Shown one piece after another: positions 27,894-37,528 of a stretch of 64,000 nucleotides of DNA (within the stretch, counting starts at the first letter, position 1; each line of letters begins with the position of its first letter). The stretch lies in sequence record MN445183.1; one strand, 5' to 3'. The notes below the pieces were generated by a model that was not told the origin of the DNA, made no database searches, and saw nothing but the letters and a program-made list of their open reading frames with translations. The translations under genes were made by a program, and so were the position numbers.

Positions 27894-28403
27894 ATGATTA
27901 AAGCAACGTTAATCGATTTCATCAACTGCTGGAAAATGTTCAACGGCAAAGGGATGATGTCAGAACAGGATGCCGCTGGCGCAATCAACCATGGTGATTG
28001 TGGAGTGGCCGCAATCGGGGTGGCGTACGTACTGCGTCACAAGTACAACCAGGAAGTCGAGATTCATCAAAACGCGAATCACTGCTGGTTAGTGGTGTCT
28101 GGTTGTGGTGAGTTTGATACGTTGCATCCGGATGGTTACAGAACCCCCGTTAAAGAGGTCTGGGACCGCCTAGGCGGTTCTGAAGAGCGAACCTTACACT
28201 TTGGTGAGGCTTGCACCGAATGGATGCCTTGCGACTCCCACGGCGGTTATTTGCTGAAAGCATTCTTTGACCGGCATTCGCTGCCAATGCCAGTCGAACT
28301 CCAGCATCTGATTACCAATGCAGCCGAGTACGAATGTCCTGAGCAAGTGCCGGTATTGCAGGGTTATTACGAACGTACCTTGCGCGTGCCGTTCGCTGTG
28401 TAA
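27894..28403 (+). CDS. Hypothetical protein with possible Cys-His-Asp triad
   Basis: INHGDCG..NHCWL..FD. Confidence 0.7.
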   Translation: MIKATLIDFINCWKMFNGKGMMSEQDAAGAINHGDCGVAAIGVAYVLRHKYNQEVEIHQNANHCWLVVSGCGEFDTLHPDGYRTPVKEVWDRLGGSEERTLHFGEACTEWMPCDSHGGYLLKAFFDRHSLPMPVELQHLITNAAEYECPEQVPVLQGYYERTLRVPFAV

Positions 28404-28478
28404 GGGAATACATAATTCCCCTTTTATATGTACGCCCCTGCACCGGCAGGGGTATTATCAGGGTGAGGTCCATATGTC

Positions 28479-28850
28479 ATGGAACCGTTGAACTACCGTG
28501 TGTTAATCCACATCACGTGTGACGAACGACCGGAACTTAAATTAATAGGCGTGTGTAACTACGACCTCTACGTAACACAAGAGCGCCTGCCTGGTCTAAG
28601 TCGTGAACTGGTTCAACGTATTTCCGATAACGGGGAACAGTTTAATGTCGCCATGGTCTTTCGTGGTGAACGTAACGTATTGAATTGTGATGTTAGCTTT
28701 ACACCGATTGACCCAAGTGAAATGTCGGTGCCGGATCCTAATGCGGGTCCAGCTGCACGATTACCAAAAAGCGTGAACACCTGTATTAACATCTCGATGA
28801 AAGATGTCCATCAGGTTTTGTATCCGCTGACGAAACCCGTGGGGTGTTAA
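28479..28850 (+). CDS. Hypothetical protein
   Basis: 123 aa, GAGGT SD. Confidence 0.7.
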   Translation: MEPLNYRVLIHITCDERPELKLIGVCNYDLYVTQERLPGLSRELVQRISDNGEQFNVAMVFRGERNVLNCDVSFTPIDPSEMSVPDPNAGPAARLPKSVNTCINISMKDVHQVLYPLTKPVGC

Positions 28851-29465
28851 ATGGTTTACGGATATATGTTCTATTTTGACCAACCGGTAAAACGGGTTTG
28901 GTACACCTACGGTCGGAAACCTGCACTGGCTCATTGGGAAGACATAGTGCATTTGGCTAAAACCAAACCAACTGAAATTCCTAATGAGGTTTATAACTTC
29001 ATTGCGGGTACCCACTGTAAAGTACCAATGGTTCAGGTAAGCTCAACCTATTCGTTTCAGACACCTGAAGAGGCAGAAGCGTGGGTGGACAAAGTCACGC
29101 AATCTGAAATTGACAATATGGTTGCGCAACACGTACCGCCTGAGGCCATCCGCGAAGCCATCATTAATGTCGACCATGTGGTGCGGACAATACGTCGCAT
29201 GCGTTCAGCATTAACGGTCAACGCAGGATTGTATTACGATAAAAATGAAACAGCCATCGAAGACTGGCGCTGGGATGAGATCGCTTATCAGTTGGTTGAC
29301 TGGCATAAGCGTTATCATTACATCTTGCCATACGTGAACTTCTTTGATTTTGAATTCATGGACTTTGATGGATCAACCGGGTTCGACCTTCCGTATCGAA
29401 CTCAGCCTTTTGTGAATCATATCGAGCGTGCTATGCAGTACCTTGATAAACACAGAAAACTTTAA
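28851..29465 (+). CDS. Protein with a C-terminal NAD-dependent DNA ligase subdomain Ia-like region
   Basis: RR.R..L.V...LYY..E..I.D..WD.....L..FDGSTGFDLPY. Confidence 0.6.
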   Translation: MVYGYMFYFDQPVKRVWYTYGRKPALAHWEDIVHLAKTKPTEIPNEVYNFIAGTHCKVPMVQVSSTYSFQTPEEAEAWVDKVTQSEIDNMVAQHVPPEAIREAIINVDHVVRTIRRMRSALTVNAGLYYDKNETAIEDWRWDEIAYQLVDWHKRYHYILPYVNFFDFEFMDFDGSTGFDLPYRTQPFVNHIERAMQYLDKHRKL

Positions 29466-29466
29466 G

Positions 29467-29485
29467 CCTACATTACTACTGTGTA
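29467..29485 (+). promoter_or_regulatory. Phage early-promoter-like motif
   Basis: CCTACATTACTACTGTGTA. Confidence 0.75.
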
Positions 29486-29523
29486 ACCGCGGTAGTAACC
29501 TAACTTAACTCGTGAGGATTATC

Positions 29524-31218
29524 ATGACAGAACCAACCTTTACCCCAGTTGATGAAGTATTAGAAATTGTGCGTGCCCCTGTAACCACCACCGAACCGTC
29601 AGGCACCAAAGCTGCTGAAGTAGAGCTGCGTCTGAACGGGCATCTGGTTGCCTGTATTTTTGAAGAAGGTGCAGCTAACTGGAGCGACACTAAGATCTTG
29701 GCACACACGTACCTGGAGTCATTGTTCTATCGTGGTGCTGCGGCCAGCGAGGCGTACAACGAAAGTATCTTCACGCTGGTTATGAACACGCTGGCGAAAG
29801 TCACTGACAAAACTGACTTTGTCACCGCTGACTGGCAGGATGTTAAACTGAATCGTGCTTTTGACAAACCCAACCAATCAATGTACCTGGAAATTAGCAC
29901 GCCGGATGGCTATGACTTGATCATCAAGTATATGTCACCAGGCATGCCATGGCAGGAAATCGTTGTGCCGTACAATGCCGAAGTTCCGTCCATTGACGAG
30001 CTGTGGGCAAAACTGAACGGCGACGGCGAAGGCGAATGGGATAACGCCGGCACGATCATTCACAAGGGGATGTTCTATTCGCTTGATGTGACGGCTAACC
30101 CGGTTATCACTGCGCGTGCTCGTTTGGTGATTCAGCGTGAAGGTGGTGATGTTATTTATCAAGATAACAACCTGACTCAGCACGGGATTATCGACGTGCT
30201 GCTGGAACTGTACCGCCGCTTAGCGCTGCAAATGAATTACGGCGACATTCAGACGTTGACCTACGATGATCGTCTGGCCCTACAGACCAATCTGATGAGT
30301 TTGCTGAACGAGCTCCTGGGCTTACACGAATACACCATGTTGGTAAATGGGTTATCTGCATCAGTGCGCGGTTCGGTGGTTCCTGACGTGCAATGCATGA
30401 TCACCCACACCATCATTGATGATCAGGGTCGTATTCGTGCAGACTTCAAATACTTCAACGGGATGGATAACTGGTCGGTTGAACGTAGTCTGTCGTTCAA
30501 CCTGGGCGAAGAACCACCAGAAGCCACCAATGTGTATTTGCAAGACACTGCACAGATTCGTCGTGGTTTGGGGTTGGATGTCAAAGACATGCTTGGCATC
30601 GATGACGTACCGTTTGAAAACCGTTACGATAATGAGCAACTTGAGTCGCCGCAAATGGCTGAAGCAGCATCTATCTCGGCTATCGTAGCAGTTGGTCCGA
30701 ATAACGGCATTGGCATGGGCAGTGATTTACTGTGGCGTATCAAAGAGGACATGAAGTTCTTTAAAGAAACCACAACGGGTCACGTAGTAGTCATGGGTCG
30801 TAAGACCTTTGAGTCCATCGGGCGTCCACTGCCTAATCGCCAGAACATCGTCGTTACACAGGACCCGGAGTATGTGCTGAACTTGTACACTGGTGAAGAT
30901 CAAACCGCATACACCAACCTGCATTGCGCGACCAGTATCGAAGAAGCGATTCTATTGGCACAACGTCTGAGCGCTGCACATTACGACAGCAATGAAATCT
31001 TTATCATCGGCGGCGGCGAGATCTATAAACAATGCATGCCATTCACAACCCGTGTTTACCTGACCCAGATCAACGGCGATGATTCACACGCGGATGTTTT
31101 CTTCCCTATTACCGGTGATGAAGTGGCAACGCATTGGATAGCCAGCGTGTTGAACGAAAACATGGTCTCGGAAGAAGGTGTGTCGTACGCTCGTTACCTG
31201 CTGTCTCGTAAGTACTAA
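29524..31218 (+). CDS. folA: Dihydrofolate reductase fused to a ~385-aa uncharacterised N-terminal region
   Basis: C-terminal AIVAVGPNNGIG..LLWRIKEDMKFFKETTTGHVVVMGRKTFESIGRPLPNRQNIV..FIIGGGEIY..D.FFP; GAGGA SD before ATG 29524. Confidence 0.9.
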   Translation: MTEPTFTPVDEVLEIVRAPVTTTEPSGTKAAEVELRLNGHLVACIFEEGAANWSDTKILAHTYLESLFYRGAAASEAYNESIFTLVMNTLAKVTDKTDFVTADWQDVKLNRAFDKPNQSMYLEISTPDGYDLIIKYMSPGMPWQEIVVPYNAEVPSIDELWAKLNGDGEGEWDNAGTIIHKGMFYSLDVTANPVITARARLVIQREGGDVIYQDNNLTQHGIIDVLLELYRRLALQMNYGDIQTLTYDDRLALQTNLMSLLNELLGLHEYTMLVNGLSASVRGSVVPDVQCMITHTIIDDQGRIRADFKYFNGMDNWSVERSLSFNLGEEPPEATNVYLQDTAQIRRGLGLDVKDMLGIDDVPFENRYDNEQLESPQMAEAASISAIVAVGPNNGIGMGSDLLWRIKEDMKFFKETTTGHVVVMGRKTFESIGRPLPNRQNIVVTQDPEYVLNLYTGEDQTAYTNLHCATSIEEAILLAQRLSAAHYDSNEIFIIGGGEIYKQCMPFTTRVYLTQINGDDSHADVFFPITGDEVATHWIASVLNENMVSEEGVSYARYLLSRKY

Positions 31219-31268
31219 TATTAACCATTGGGCACGACTCTGATGTTCGTGCCCTGCAAGAGGTAATC

Positions 31269-31886
31269 ATGACTAAACCTGTAGAAAATCCTGCTAAGCT
31301 GAAAGAAGCGGTAGGTAACCCGTTTGACTTACAAAAGAAAGCCAAGGCAGTGATGCTGCTGAGCAATAACACCGTCCAGCTTGATGGCAACTATGTGCTT
31401 GAGAATTTCCTGCACGACAAAGCCGAGCGCGAACGACTCTGTGCCCTTTATAACGTGTCACCACGTATTGCGTTAGAAGCGGCGATCAATGCGGAAGGTA
31501 AACCGGTAACGGATAAACATGCGCCGATCATGTTGCATCAGTACGCAACTGGCGCGTATGACACTCGTAAAATGGGAAGTCTGGTAATTCTGGAACGTGA
31601 TAACCTGATCATTATCGGGACACACTACCACACATCACCGCAGGTTAACTTTTCTTACACTGCGTTTGAGCGTGCGTTAACAGACTACTGCGAACTGGCT
31701 TCGCTGGAAGGGCGTCGTAACGATCCGGTTATTATTCCGATGCCTGGGTTGGATTGCGTGGGCGTACGGGTAAGCGATGGCAAAGGCGGGTACGTTATTG
31801 ACCCATCGCACTACCGTAAAGTGACAAACACCATTAAGAACGTCATGTTTCCAGAAGCTGACGTCACCCTGGTCATCCCAGCATAA
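31269..31886 (+). CDS. Hypothetical protein with degenerate macrodomain-like C-half
   Basis: KMGSL..FSYTAFERAL..VIIPMPGL.C.G..KV..I..DVTLV. Confidence 0.6.
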   Translation: MTKPVENPAKLKEAVGNPFDLQKKAKAVMLLSNNTVQLDGNYVLENFLHDKAERERLCALYNVSPRIALEAAINAEGKPVTDKHAPIMLHQYATGAYDTRKMGSLVILERDNLIIIGTHYHTSPQVNFSYTAFERALTDYCELASLEGRRNDPVIIPMPGLDCVGVRVSDGKGGYVIDPSHYRKVTNTIKNVMFPEADVTLVIPA

Positions 31887-31898
31887 CACGGAGGTTAC

Positions 31899-32279
31899 AT
31901 GCTCGCTCAAGTTCAATGTTCACGACCACGCACCCACATCATTCCGGCGTGGGATAAATTCATGTCTCGTGTAGCCGGTCTGCATGATAACCGTGCGGTA
32001 CCCAATAAGCGTGACCGTTACCTGTTGGATCCGGGCATCATTGATCGCATGCCAAGTTCATCTGGCCGCTACATCAAAGCCATTCGTGATTTTGCACAGC
32101 AGTGGTTTCACGACCCTGACATGCGTGCAACGTTTGAAGAGCGTCTAAAGGCCGACCCCCAGTTTGAGGGGGTTAACCTTAGAGTAGGAAACCCGCGTGG
32201 TGACAAAGTCAATATCTCTGTCACAACACGCAAAGGGTTCATCACCGTTTCGTTTGATCTGGATAAATTCGTATTCTGA
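31899..32279 (+). CDS. Hypothetical protein
   Basis: 126 aa, GGAGG SD. Confidence 0.75.
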   Translation: MLAQVQCSRPRTHIIPAWDKFMSRVAGLHDNRAVPNKRDRYLLDPGIIDRMPSSSGRYIKAIRDFAQQWFHDPDMRATFEERLKADPQFEGVNLRVGNPRGDKVNISVTTRKGFITVSFDLDKFVF

Positions 32280-32343
32280 TCAATGTATATGGCGTTAAGT
32301 AGTCACCAACATTACACACCACTCAATCCTCATGGGGAACATC

Positions 32344-32634
32344 ATGTCCATTAAGAAAACTGTAACAGCCGAAGCAATTGAACAAAGCGTACTGGATCTG
32401 GAAGGCGTGCGCGTGATCTTGCGTGTAGGTTCGAAAAAGAAAGTAGCGGTCGCAGGCTATGGCGATGTGTTCAAAAACCGTTGTGCCAAAACGAATAACC
32501 TGTCTACGTTGCGCAAGCGCATCGCCCAGGTCATTGGTTCTGACATTGAAGTTGACATCGTTGATGGTTCCGGCGCATCAGTGAATGGTAATACCAAAAT
32601 TGGTAACCTTCGTGAACTGTATCTGTCCGCGTAA
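32344..32634 (+). CDS. Small basic protein, possible beta-grasp (ubiquitin-like) fold
   Basis: 96 aa from ATG 32344; LSTLRKRIAQVIG..VDGSG..NTKIGNLRELY. Confidence 0.7.
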   Translation: MSIKKTVTAEAIEQSVLDLEGVRVILRVGSKKKVAVAGYGDVFKNRCAKTNNLSTLRKRIAQVIGSDIEVDIVDGSGASVNGNTKIGNLRELYLSA

Positions 32635-32638
32635 AAAA

Positions 32639-32718
32639 GCATAAAGACACACTCAGCATATGTAGAGGCCCTCTCCACCACACGGTGGAGAGGTACCTCT
32701 TTTATGCTGTTCTTTTTT
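32639..32718. terminator. Bidirectional terminator with GCATAA/TTATGC flanks
   Basis: AGAGG..CTCTCCACC/GGTGGAGAG..CCTCT stem between convergent genes, with a T-run. Confidence 0.85.
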
Positions 32719-32720
32719 TT

Positions 32721-34853
32721 TTACCAGCTTAACACTTTTGCCCGCGAAGACGGAACGTCGGTTGGTGGCTCCTCAACGATAAAGCCTTCATCTTCCAAGA
32801 AGTTATAGAACGCTTCGTTACCGCTTGACAGGAACCCTTCATCAGGATCAAACGGTGGCTGATCACCCATACCTTCGGTACCCACACCTTCCATATCTGG
32901 CACATCAACCGTTGACCCGTAGCGATCATAGCCCATCAACTGATCGACCTGGTCTCGTGACCAGTTCATGATGTCTTCAGAGCGCGTGGAAATGTTTGGT
33001 TCATTACCGGTGTCCAAAACGAAGTTATTGATGTAAACCGTTGTATCCTGGCCAAGACGGTGCATACGTGCCATCGCCTGTTTGTAATGGTGGAAACGGA
33101 ACGGTTTATTCAACATCATCCCATTGTTCGCTTCGGTCAACGGAACTGCTTCAGCTAACGAACGGAAAGTCGCAATACACGGGTTGATGTCTTCGTTACT
33201 GCGGAAGTCTTTTACGATGTTTACCAGATCACTGTTTGTATCGCCGTAAACAACCACAGGCATGTAGCCCAGCTCAGCACAGAACTTACGCGTCTCTTCC
33301 AGTACCGGGACAAAGTCCGTAAACACGACGGTCTTCTTCTTGGCGTTATCAATGTACATCTGGAACGGAATATACCGTACCATATCAACGTGACACTGCG
33401 TACGCTCTTTGCCGAGGATACGACCCAGACATTCACCCTTAATCTTCAAATCCACGTACTTGATAACCGATCGGGCATCTTTGAACGGGGCTTTCAAACT
33501 GTCAGGTAGACAGGGGACAATCACATTGAGTTCGTAGTCATTACAGAACTTCGACTCGTCCGACATGGTACGTGGGTCAAACCCGTACTTCTGGAACATG
33601 GCAACGTTGTCTTTGTACTGCTTGAACAGTTCATGATCACGAGGTGTGCGCAATTGCCGACCATGAATCAACATAGCGTCGTCATAGATCTGCTGGTAAC
33701 GCGGACGGTTTTTGGTGTAGTAATCAAAACGTTCTTTAATAAACGACACCATTAAGGTCCTGATTGCCTCCAGTGTGTAGCGCTGGGCGTTTGGGATCTT
33801 GACCTTGACCGTCGCTTCGATCGGCTTGTCTGACATGAAACTGTCTTTCGGCACCAGGAAGCTGACGATCCCCAAACGGTTCGCCAGGATGTCGTTCGCT
33901 TTCCCGCCAACTTTACCCCAAATCTTACGCATGGCGAATTCTACTTCAGGCGTAAAGTCAGGGATCAAGGTACGGAACAACGGAATAGCTTCAGACCCCA
34001 TCGCAGTTAGCGCAGTACCCGACAGCCACAGAATGTCCTCGGACTTCGATATGGCACACAGTTCACCGAACTGGGTAGTACGAATCGACTCTTTGGACTT
34101 CAGGTTGAGGTTGTGGGATTCATCAAGGATAATCCCGACGTTAGGCAAATTCAATTGCTTTGCCATCTGTACGGCTTGTTCCAAACGCTCGTAGTGGAAG
34201 ATCATCCACTTGGTACCTTTCGGACAAGCAGTGTTGGTGTCAGCGACCCAAACCGTTTGTTTACCGGTGACCAACTCCTTGAGGGTTTTTTCCCACACGT
34301 CATAGATCGCCTTTTTCGGCGACACAATGAACACGTAGTCTTTATCACGGGCAAACATCGTGGCAATACCACCGAGCGTCTTACCTGAACCAGGATCCCC
34401 AGCGAATAGCGCGCCTTTCAAACGGTAACGCGGCTTGGTGTAGTTATAATACTGCAAGAACTTTGCCTGGTGATCTTTCAACTTGTAAATGATCGGGCTG
34501 GTCTTACGCACGTCAAGGATATCGCCCCAGGGTTCATCAAGATCCCGCATCCAGGTATTTTCTTTAATCAGGTCTACAATGCGTTGAAGGACGCGGCGAC
34601 TACAATACCGGGTTTTGTCTTCGATCATCTTTTCGAACATGTACACAACTTCAAGTGCGAAGAAGCCGTGGAAAGAAAATTCACTGGGCTTTACGTTCTT
34701 GAACATGTACTTCGCGATCTTCGAGGTACCCCATAATTTGTCGATGTCGTACTGAATAAAACGCGACGGTGTGCCGGTCACAGTGATGAGACCGTTTTGT
34801 TCTCGAACACTGATGATCCCCAGCATTCCTTTTACTCGGTCGAATAAGGCCAT
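32721..34853 (-). CDS. SF2 (SNF2/DEAD-like) helicase (start revised to ATG 34853)
   Basis: GDPGSGKT, IILDESH, LSGT, QAMARMHRLGQ helicase motifs. Confidence 0.9.
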   Translation of the reverse strand: MALFDRVKGMLGIISVREQNGLITVTGTPSRFIQYDIDKLWGTSKIAKYMFKNVKPSEFSFHGFFALEVVYMFEKMIEDKTRYCSRRVLQRIVDLIKENTWMRDLDEPWGDILDVRKTSPIIYKLKDHQAKFLQYYNYTKPRYRLKGALFAGDPGSGKTLGGIATMFARDKDYVFIVSPKKAIYDVWEKTLKELVTGKQTVWVADTNTACPKGTKWMIFHYERLEQAVQMAKQLNLPNVGIILDESHNLNLKSKESIRTTQFGELCAISKSEDILWLSGTALTAMGSEAIPLFRTLIPDFTPEVEFAMRKIWGKVGGKANDILANRLGIVSFLVPKDSFMSDKPIEATVKVKIPNAQRYTLEAIRTLMVSFIKERFDYYTKNRPRYQQIYDDAMLIHGRQLRTPRDHELFKQYKDNVAMFQKYGFDPRTMSDESKFCNDYELNVIVPCLPDSLKAPFKDARSVIKYVDLKIKGECLGRILGKERTQCHVDMVRYIPFQMYIDNAKKKTVVFTDFVPVLEETRKFCAELGYMPVVVYGDTNSDLVNIVKDFRSNEDINPCIATFRSLAEAVPLTEANNGMMLNKPFRFHHYKQAMARMHRLGQDTTVYINNFVLDTGNEPNISTRSEDIMNWSRDQVDQLMGYDRYGSTVDVPDMEGVGTEGMGDQPPFDPDEGFLSSGNEAFYNFLEDEGFIVEEPPTDVPSSRAKVLSW

Positions 34854-34908
34854 GGTCTTTCCCTTTTGTTTCAAATGAATAACATACAATTTTCCATTTC
34901 TTTTCAAA

Positions 34909-34927
34909 CCTATATCACCATGGTGAC
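34909..34927 (+). promoter_or_regulatory. Phage early-promoter-like motif
   Basis: TTTTCAAA-CCTATATCACCATGGTGAC at a divergent junction. Confidence 0.65.
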
Positions 34928-34973
34928 TTTTCGATCGAAAAGAATGTAATACTTTACTTGTGGGGGTAATTAA

Positions 34974-35057
34974 ATGAACAATTCACTCGTGAATCTGTGT
35001 ATATTCATTGTTTGCGTCGTAGGGTTAACATTAATGTTTATCCTCAATGTAAAATGA
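34974..35057 (+). CDS. 27-aa single-TM microprotein (not in ORF track)
   Basis: GGGGGT SD; MNNSLVNLCIFIVCVVGLTLMFILNVK; first ORF after the promoter motif. Confidence 0.55.
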   Translation: MNNSLVNLCIFIVCVVGLTLMFILNVK

Positions 35058-35141
35058 TGATATGACGACTTTGTGTCGTTAAGCAAACACTCCCGGGAAT
35101 CTGAGTGTTAACAACCAAATTATAATTTAAGGGTTAGGAAC

Positions 35142-35699
35142 ATGCTTGAATCGATTATACGCACAGCAGTGCACCGCGCTTCTTTAGTTGAAAATGCTGA
35201 AGAATATTTGCTTCGTCTTCGCAACTATGTCGAGTCTGATATTCGCCATCAGATTAAACAGTACGGTGGCAAGCAGAGTTTCGATATCAATACGCGTTTC
35301 CATCTGGGCTACAACGACATTGACGGATTCTATCAAGAAATCTGCACCAACGTTTTATGCACGGGCACCACACGAGAAATGGCAGAGCGCGTTCGCATAA
35401 CCATTGGGGGCAACGATCTCCTTGGTCCACTGCGCGGCGTTTTCCATCACGCTTCTTTGAAAGCTAAGATGGCAAGTGACTACTACTTCTCAAACGGTGA
35501 GATCATCACCACCAAAACCAATCTGCAAAATGAGCTGCGTCCGTTCTTCGGCAACCACAAAGCTATTGTCGTGCTCAATCATTCGCTCACGGGTAACTGT
35601 GCGGTTGACGTTGAGCTGATTCACTGCTCTTTGAAAAATCTTGCTGGCGTCTTCAGTACGTTGGAAAATAGCTTGCCGGACGATGCGGTAAGTGTGTGA
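35142..35699 (+). CDS. Hypothetical protein
   Basis: 185 aa, AGGA SD. Confidence 0.75.
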   Translation: MLESIIRTAVHRASLVENAEEYLLRLRNYVESDIRHQIKQYGGKQSFDINTRFHLGYNDIDGFYQEICTNVLCTGTTREMAERVRITIGGNDLLGPLRGVFHHASLKAKMASDYYFSNGEIITTKTNLQNELRPFFGNHKAIVVLNHSLTGNCAVDVELIHCSLKNLAGVFSTLENSLPDDAVSV

Positions 35700-35708
35700 C
35701 AATAACTA

Positions 35709-35741
35709 AGAAGGGGGCTTCGGCTCCCTTCTTTTTTGCCG
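35709..35741 (+). terminator. Rho-independent terminator
   Basis: AGAAGGGGGC-TTCG-GCTCCCTTCT followed by TTTTTGCCG. Confidence 0.8.
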
Positions 35742-35749
35742 GAGTTTGT

Positions 35750-36238
35750 ATGTTGAAGTATTTGGTGTATTTGGAATACCTTGCAGGCTTCTGCATTTTA
35801 GCGGGTGCTCTACTTGCCCTGCTTGTCGTATTTGCTTTAAAGGTAAAACCAAGAGTACCCATGGCTATTAAACCTGTACCTGCTAGACTTGCACTGGATG
35901 TGCGTCGGTTGTTAGAAGAAGTACGTTTTGAAATGACCATTCCTGACGGGTATAAAGAATTAACACGCGCCCCGTTACCACCACAGATTGATCGCTTAAA
36001 TCTCATTGCCACCCATTTACGTAAATATGTGGAATTAAAAGTATTTGATTACATCAGAACCTGTTCTTATGTAAGTCGTTCTATTTGGTTACGTAAGCCG
36101 CGTGTTATCACTGAGACGAGCGGAGATCTGCTGACCATAACAGTATATGGTATTGGTAATGTAATCATTCATTCTATTAGGTTCAGGCCGTCGGATTACG
36201 CGCATGAATCTGAGTACTTTAAAAACAAAGTGTATTGA
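35750..36238 (+). CDS. Hypothetical protein with N-terminal TM (start revised to ATG 35750)
   Basis: GGAG SD; hydrophobic N-terminus. Confidence 0.65.
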   Translation: MLKYLVYLEYLAGFCILAGALLALLVVFALKVKPRVPMAIKPVPARLALDVRRLLEEVRFEMTIPDGYKELTRAPLPPQIDRLNLIATHLRKYVELKVFDYIRTCSYVSRSIWLRKPRVITETSGDLLTITVYGIGNVIIHSIRFRPSDYAHESEYFKNKVY

Positions 36239-36248
36239 GGACTGGTAA

Positions 36249-37436
36249 ATGGCCCGTAAGCAGAACAAACTAAAACAAGCCCGTAAAGAAGCACAGCGCG
36301 CAAATCCGATTCACTGGGAACAAGATTGGATCGAGAAGGTCCTGCCATCCATTCAGGACTTCGCCAACAAGTCAACGCATCGTCGTTTCAAAGACGAGAT
36401 TGCTGAAGATGATCGTAAGAACTGGACTTGGGGTTCTGACATCGACGTACTGCATGCTGAACGTAAAGTCATTATCACCGAATGGCTGGTACCGGTTGTA
36501 GATGGCAAGGGCCTCGTTTACCTCGACGAAGTCAATGGTGTGTTGAACCCAGCAATGCGGGCGTACAAGTTTACCCTGCGTTACGATCACCTGCAAGAAG
36601 CAGCACGTCATGCATCGAAAACTGGTGGTGCGCCGAACATCGGTCTGTACTATCTGCCGGACGTAGAAATCCTGCCAGGTAAGAAAGGCTGGGAGCACGA
36701 AATTGAGCTGTACGATGAGCAGGGTAAATTCCTGGTCTCTGGTGCGGTAACCCACCTGAATGCATTGAAAGCCAAGCTGATTGCTGAACACGGTGAACTG
36801 TCTGACGAGGGTGTGTATCTCGGCGTCTGCATGGTTTACAACCGTGATGAAAACCTGATTCAGCTGGTGACTCACAAACGTCATGCGCTCGACGTGATGG
36901 AAAACAAAGACGGTGAAATCAACTACATCGACCTGGCGGACATTAAGATCGATGAGTTTCGTTTCGATCACGACACTCGTGGCTTGAACATCCGTTCTGC
37001 TGTGGAACGCCACGTAGAAGAACATCGCGTCTGGGACCGTATCATTAAGCCGTCTGAGGCTGCGTATAAGCGCTTCTCCTGTGATCTGGCTGATTACCTC
37101 ATGTCGATCACTGAAGAGGTCTACAAGCGTGCCTGTGCATCTGTACCGAACGTTGTGGATGTGAAGTTCGAGTACAACCTCATGAACGGTGGTCTGGAAG
37201 CGTATCACATTGGCGCGGTGGTAGACGCCGATGAAGATGGTAATCTGTCTGTACAGAAAGAAGAGCGTTACGATATCGAGCTGCCTCGTGAAGATCGTGC
37301 CGCTATCCTGATGGTGGCGGGTCGTATCGAACCAGATCTATGGTTCCACGTTCAGGCTGATTACCTGCGTCGCTTCCTGGCGACCTACGGTAAAGGCGAT
37401 ATCACGGTTAGCGATACTGTATTAACTTCAGCATAA
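36249..37436 (+). CDS. Hypothetical protein
   Basis: 395 aa, GAGGA SD, codon usage looks highly expressed. Confidence 0.85.
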   Translation: MARKQNKLKQARKEAQRANPIHWEQDWIEKVLPSIQDFANKSTHRRFKDEIAEDDRKNWTWGSDIDVLHAERKVIITEWLVPVVDGKGLVYLDEVNGVLNPAMRAYKFTLRYDHLQEAARHASKTGGAPNIGLYYLPDVEILPGKKGWEHEIELYDEQGKFLVSGAVTHLNALKAKLIAEHGELSDEGVYLGVCMVYNRDENLIQLVTHKRHALDVMENKDGEINYIDLADIKIDEFRFDHDTRGLNIRSAVERHVEEHRVWDRIIKPSEAAYKRFSCDLADYLMSITEEVYKRACASVPNVVDVKFEYNLMNGGLEAYHIGAVVDADEDGNLSVQKEERYDIELPREDRAAILMVAGRIEPDLWFHVQADYLRRFLATYGKGDITVSDTVLTSA

Positions 37437-37481
37437 TAGACCAGACCCTTCTCCTGGCGGGAGGGGTCTGGTTTTATGCCG
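37431..37481 (+). terminator. Hairpin with GCATAA/TTTTATGCCG flanks
   Basis: ACCAGACCC../..GGGTCTGGT stem. Confidence 0.8.
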
Positions 37482-37528
37482 ATTTGTTGTTTATTTTTTG
37501 TTTATTTTGAGTTGCAGATTTTTTCAGA

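Noticed and set aside
35058-35141. Two small hairpins (ACGAC/GTCGT, AACACTC/GAGTGTT) as a tRNA or ncRNA
   Set aside because: No cloverleaf, T-loop or CCA; stems are short and could be chance or simple leader structure
36372-37208. Long antisense ORFs (e.g. 3624-4376, 36372-37208, 42019-42771, 58897-59449, 61919-62503)
   Set aside because: They lie wholly opposite well-supported genes with biased codon usage, lack SDs and recognisable motifs; typical shadow ORFs
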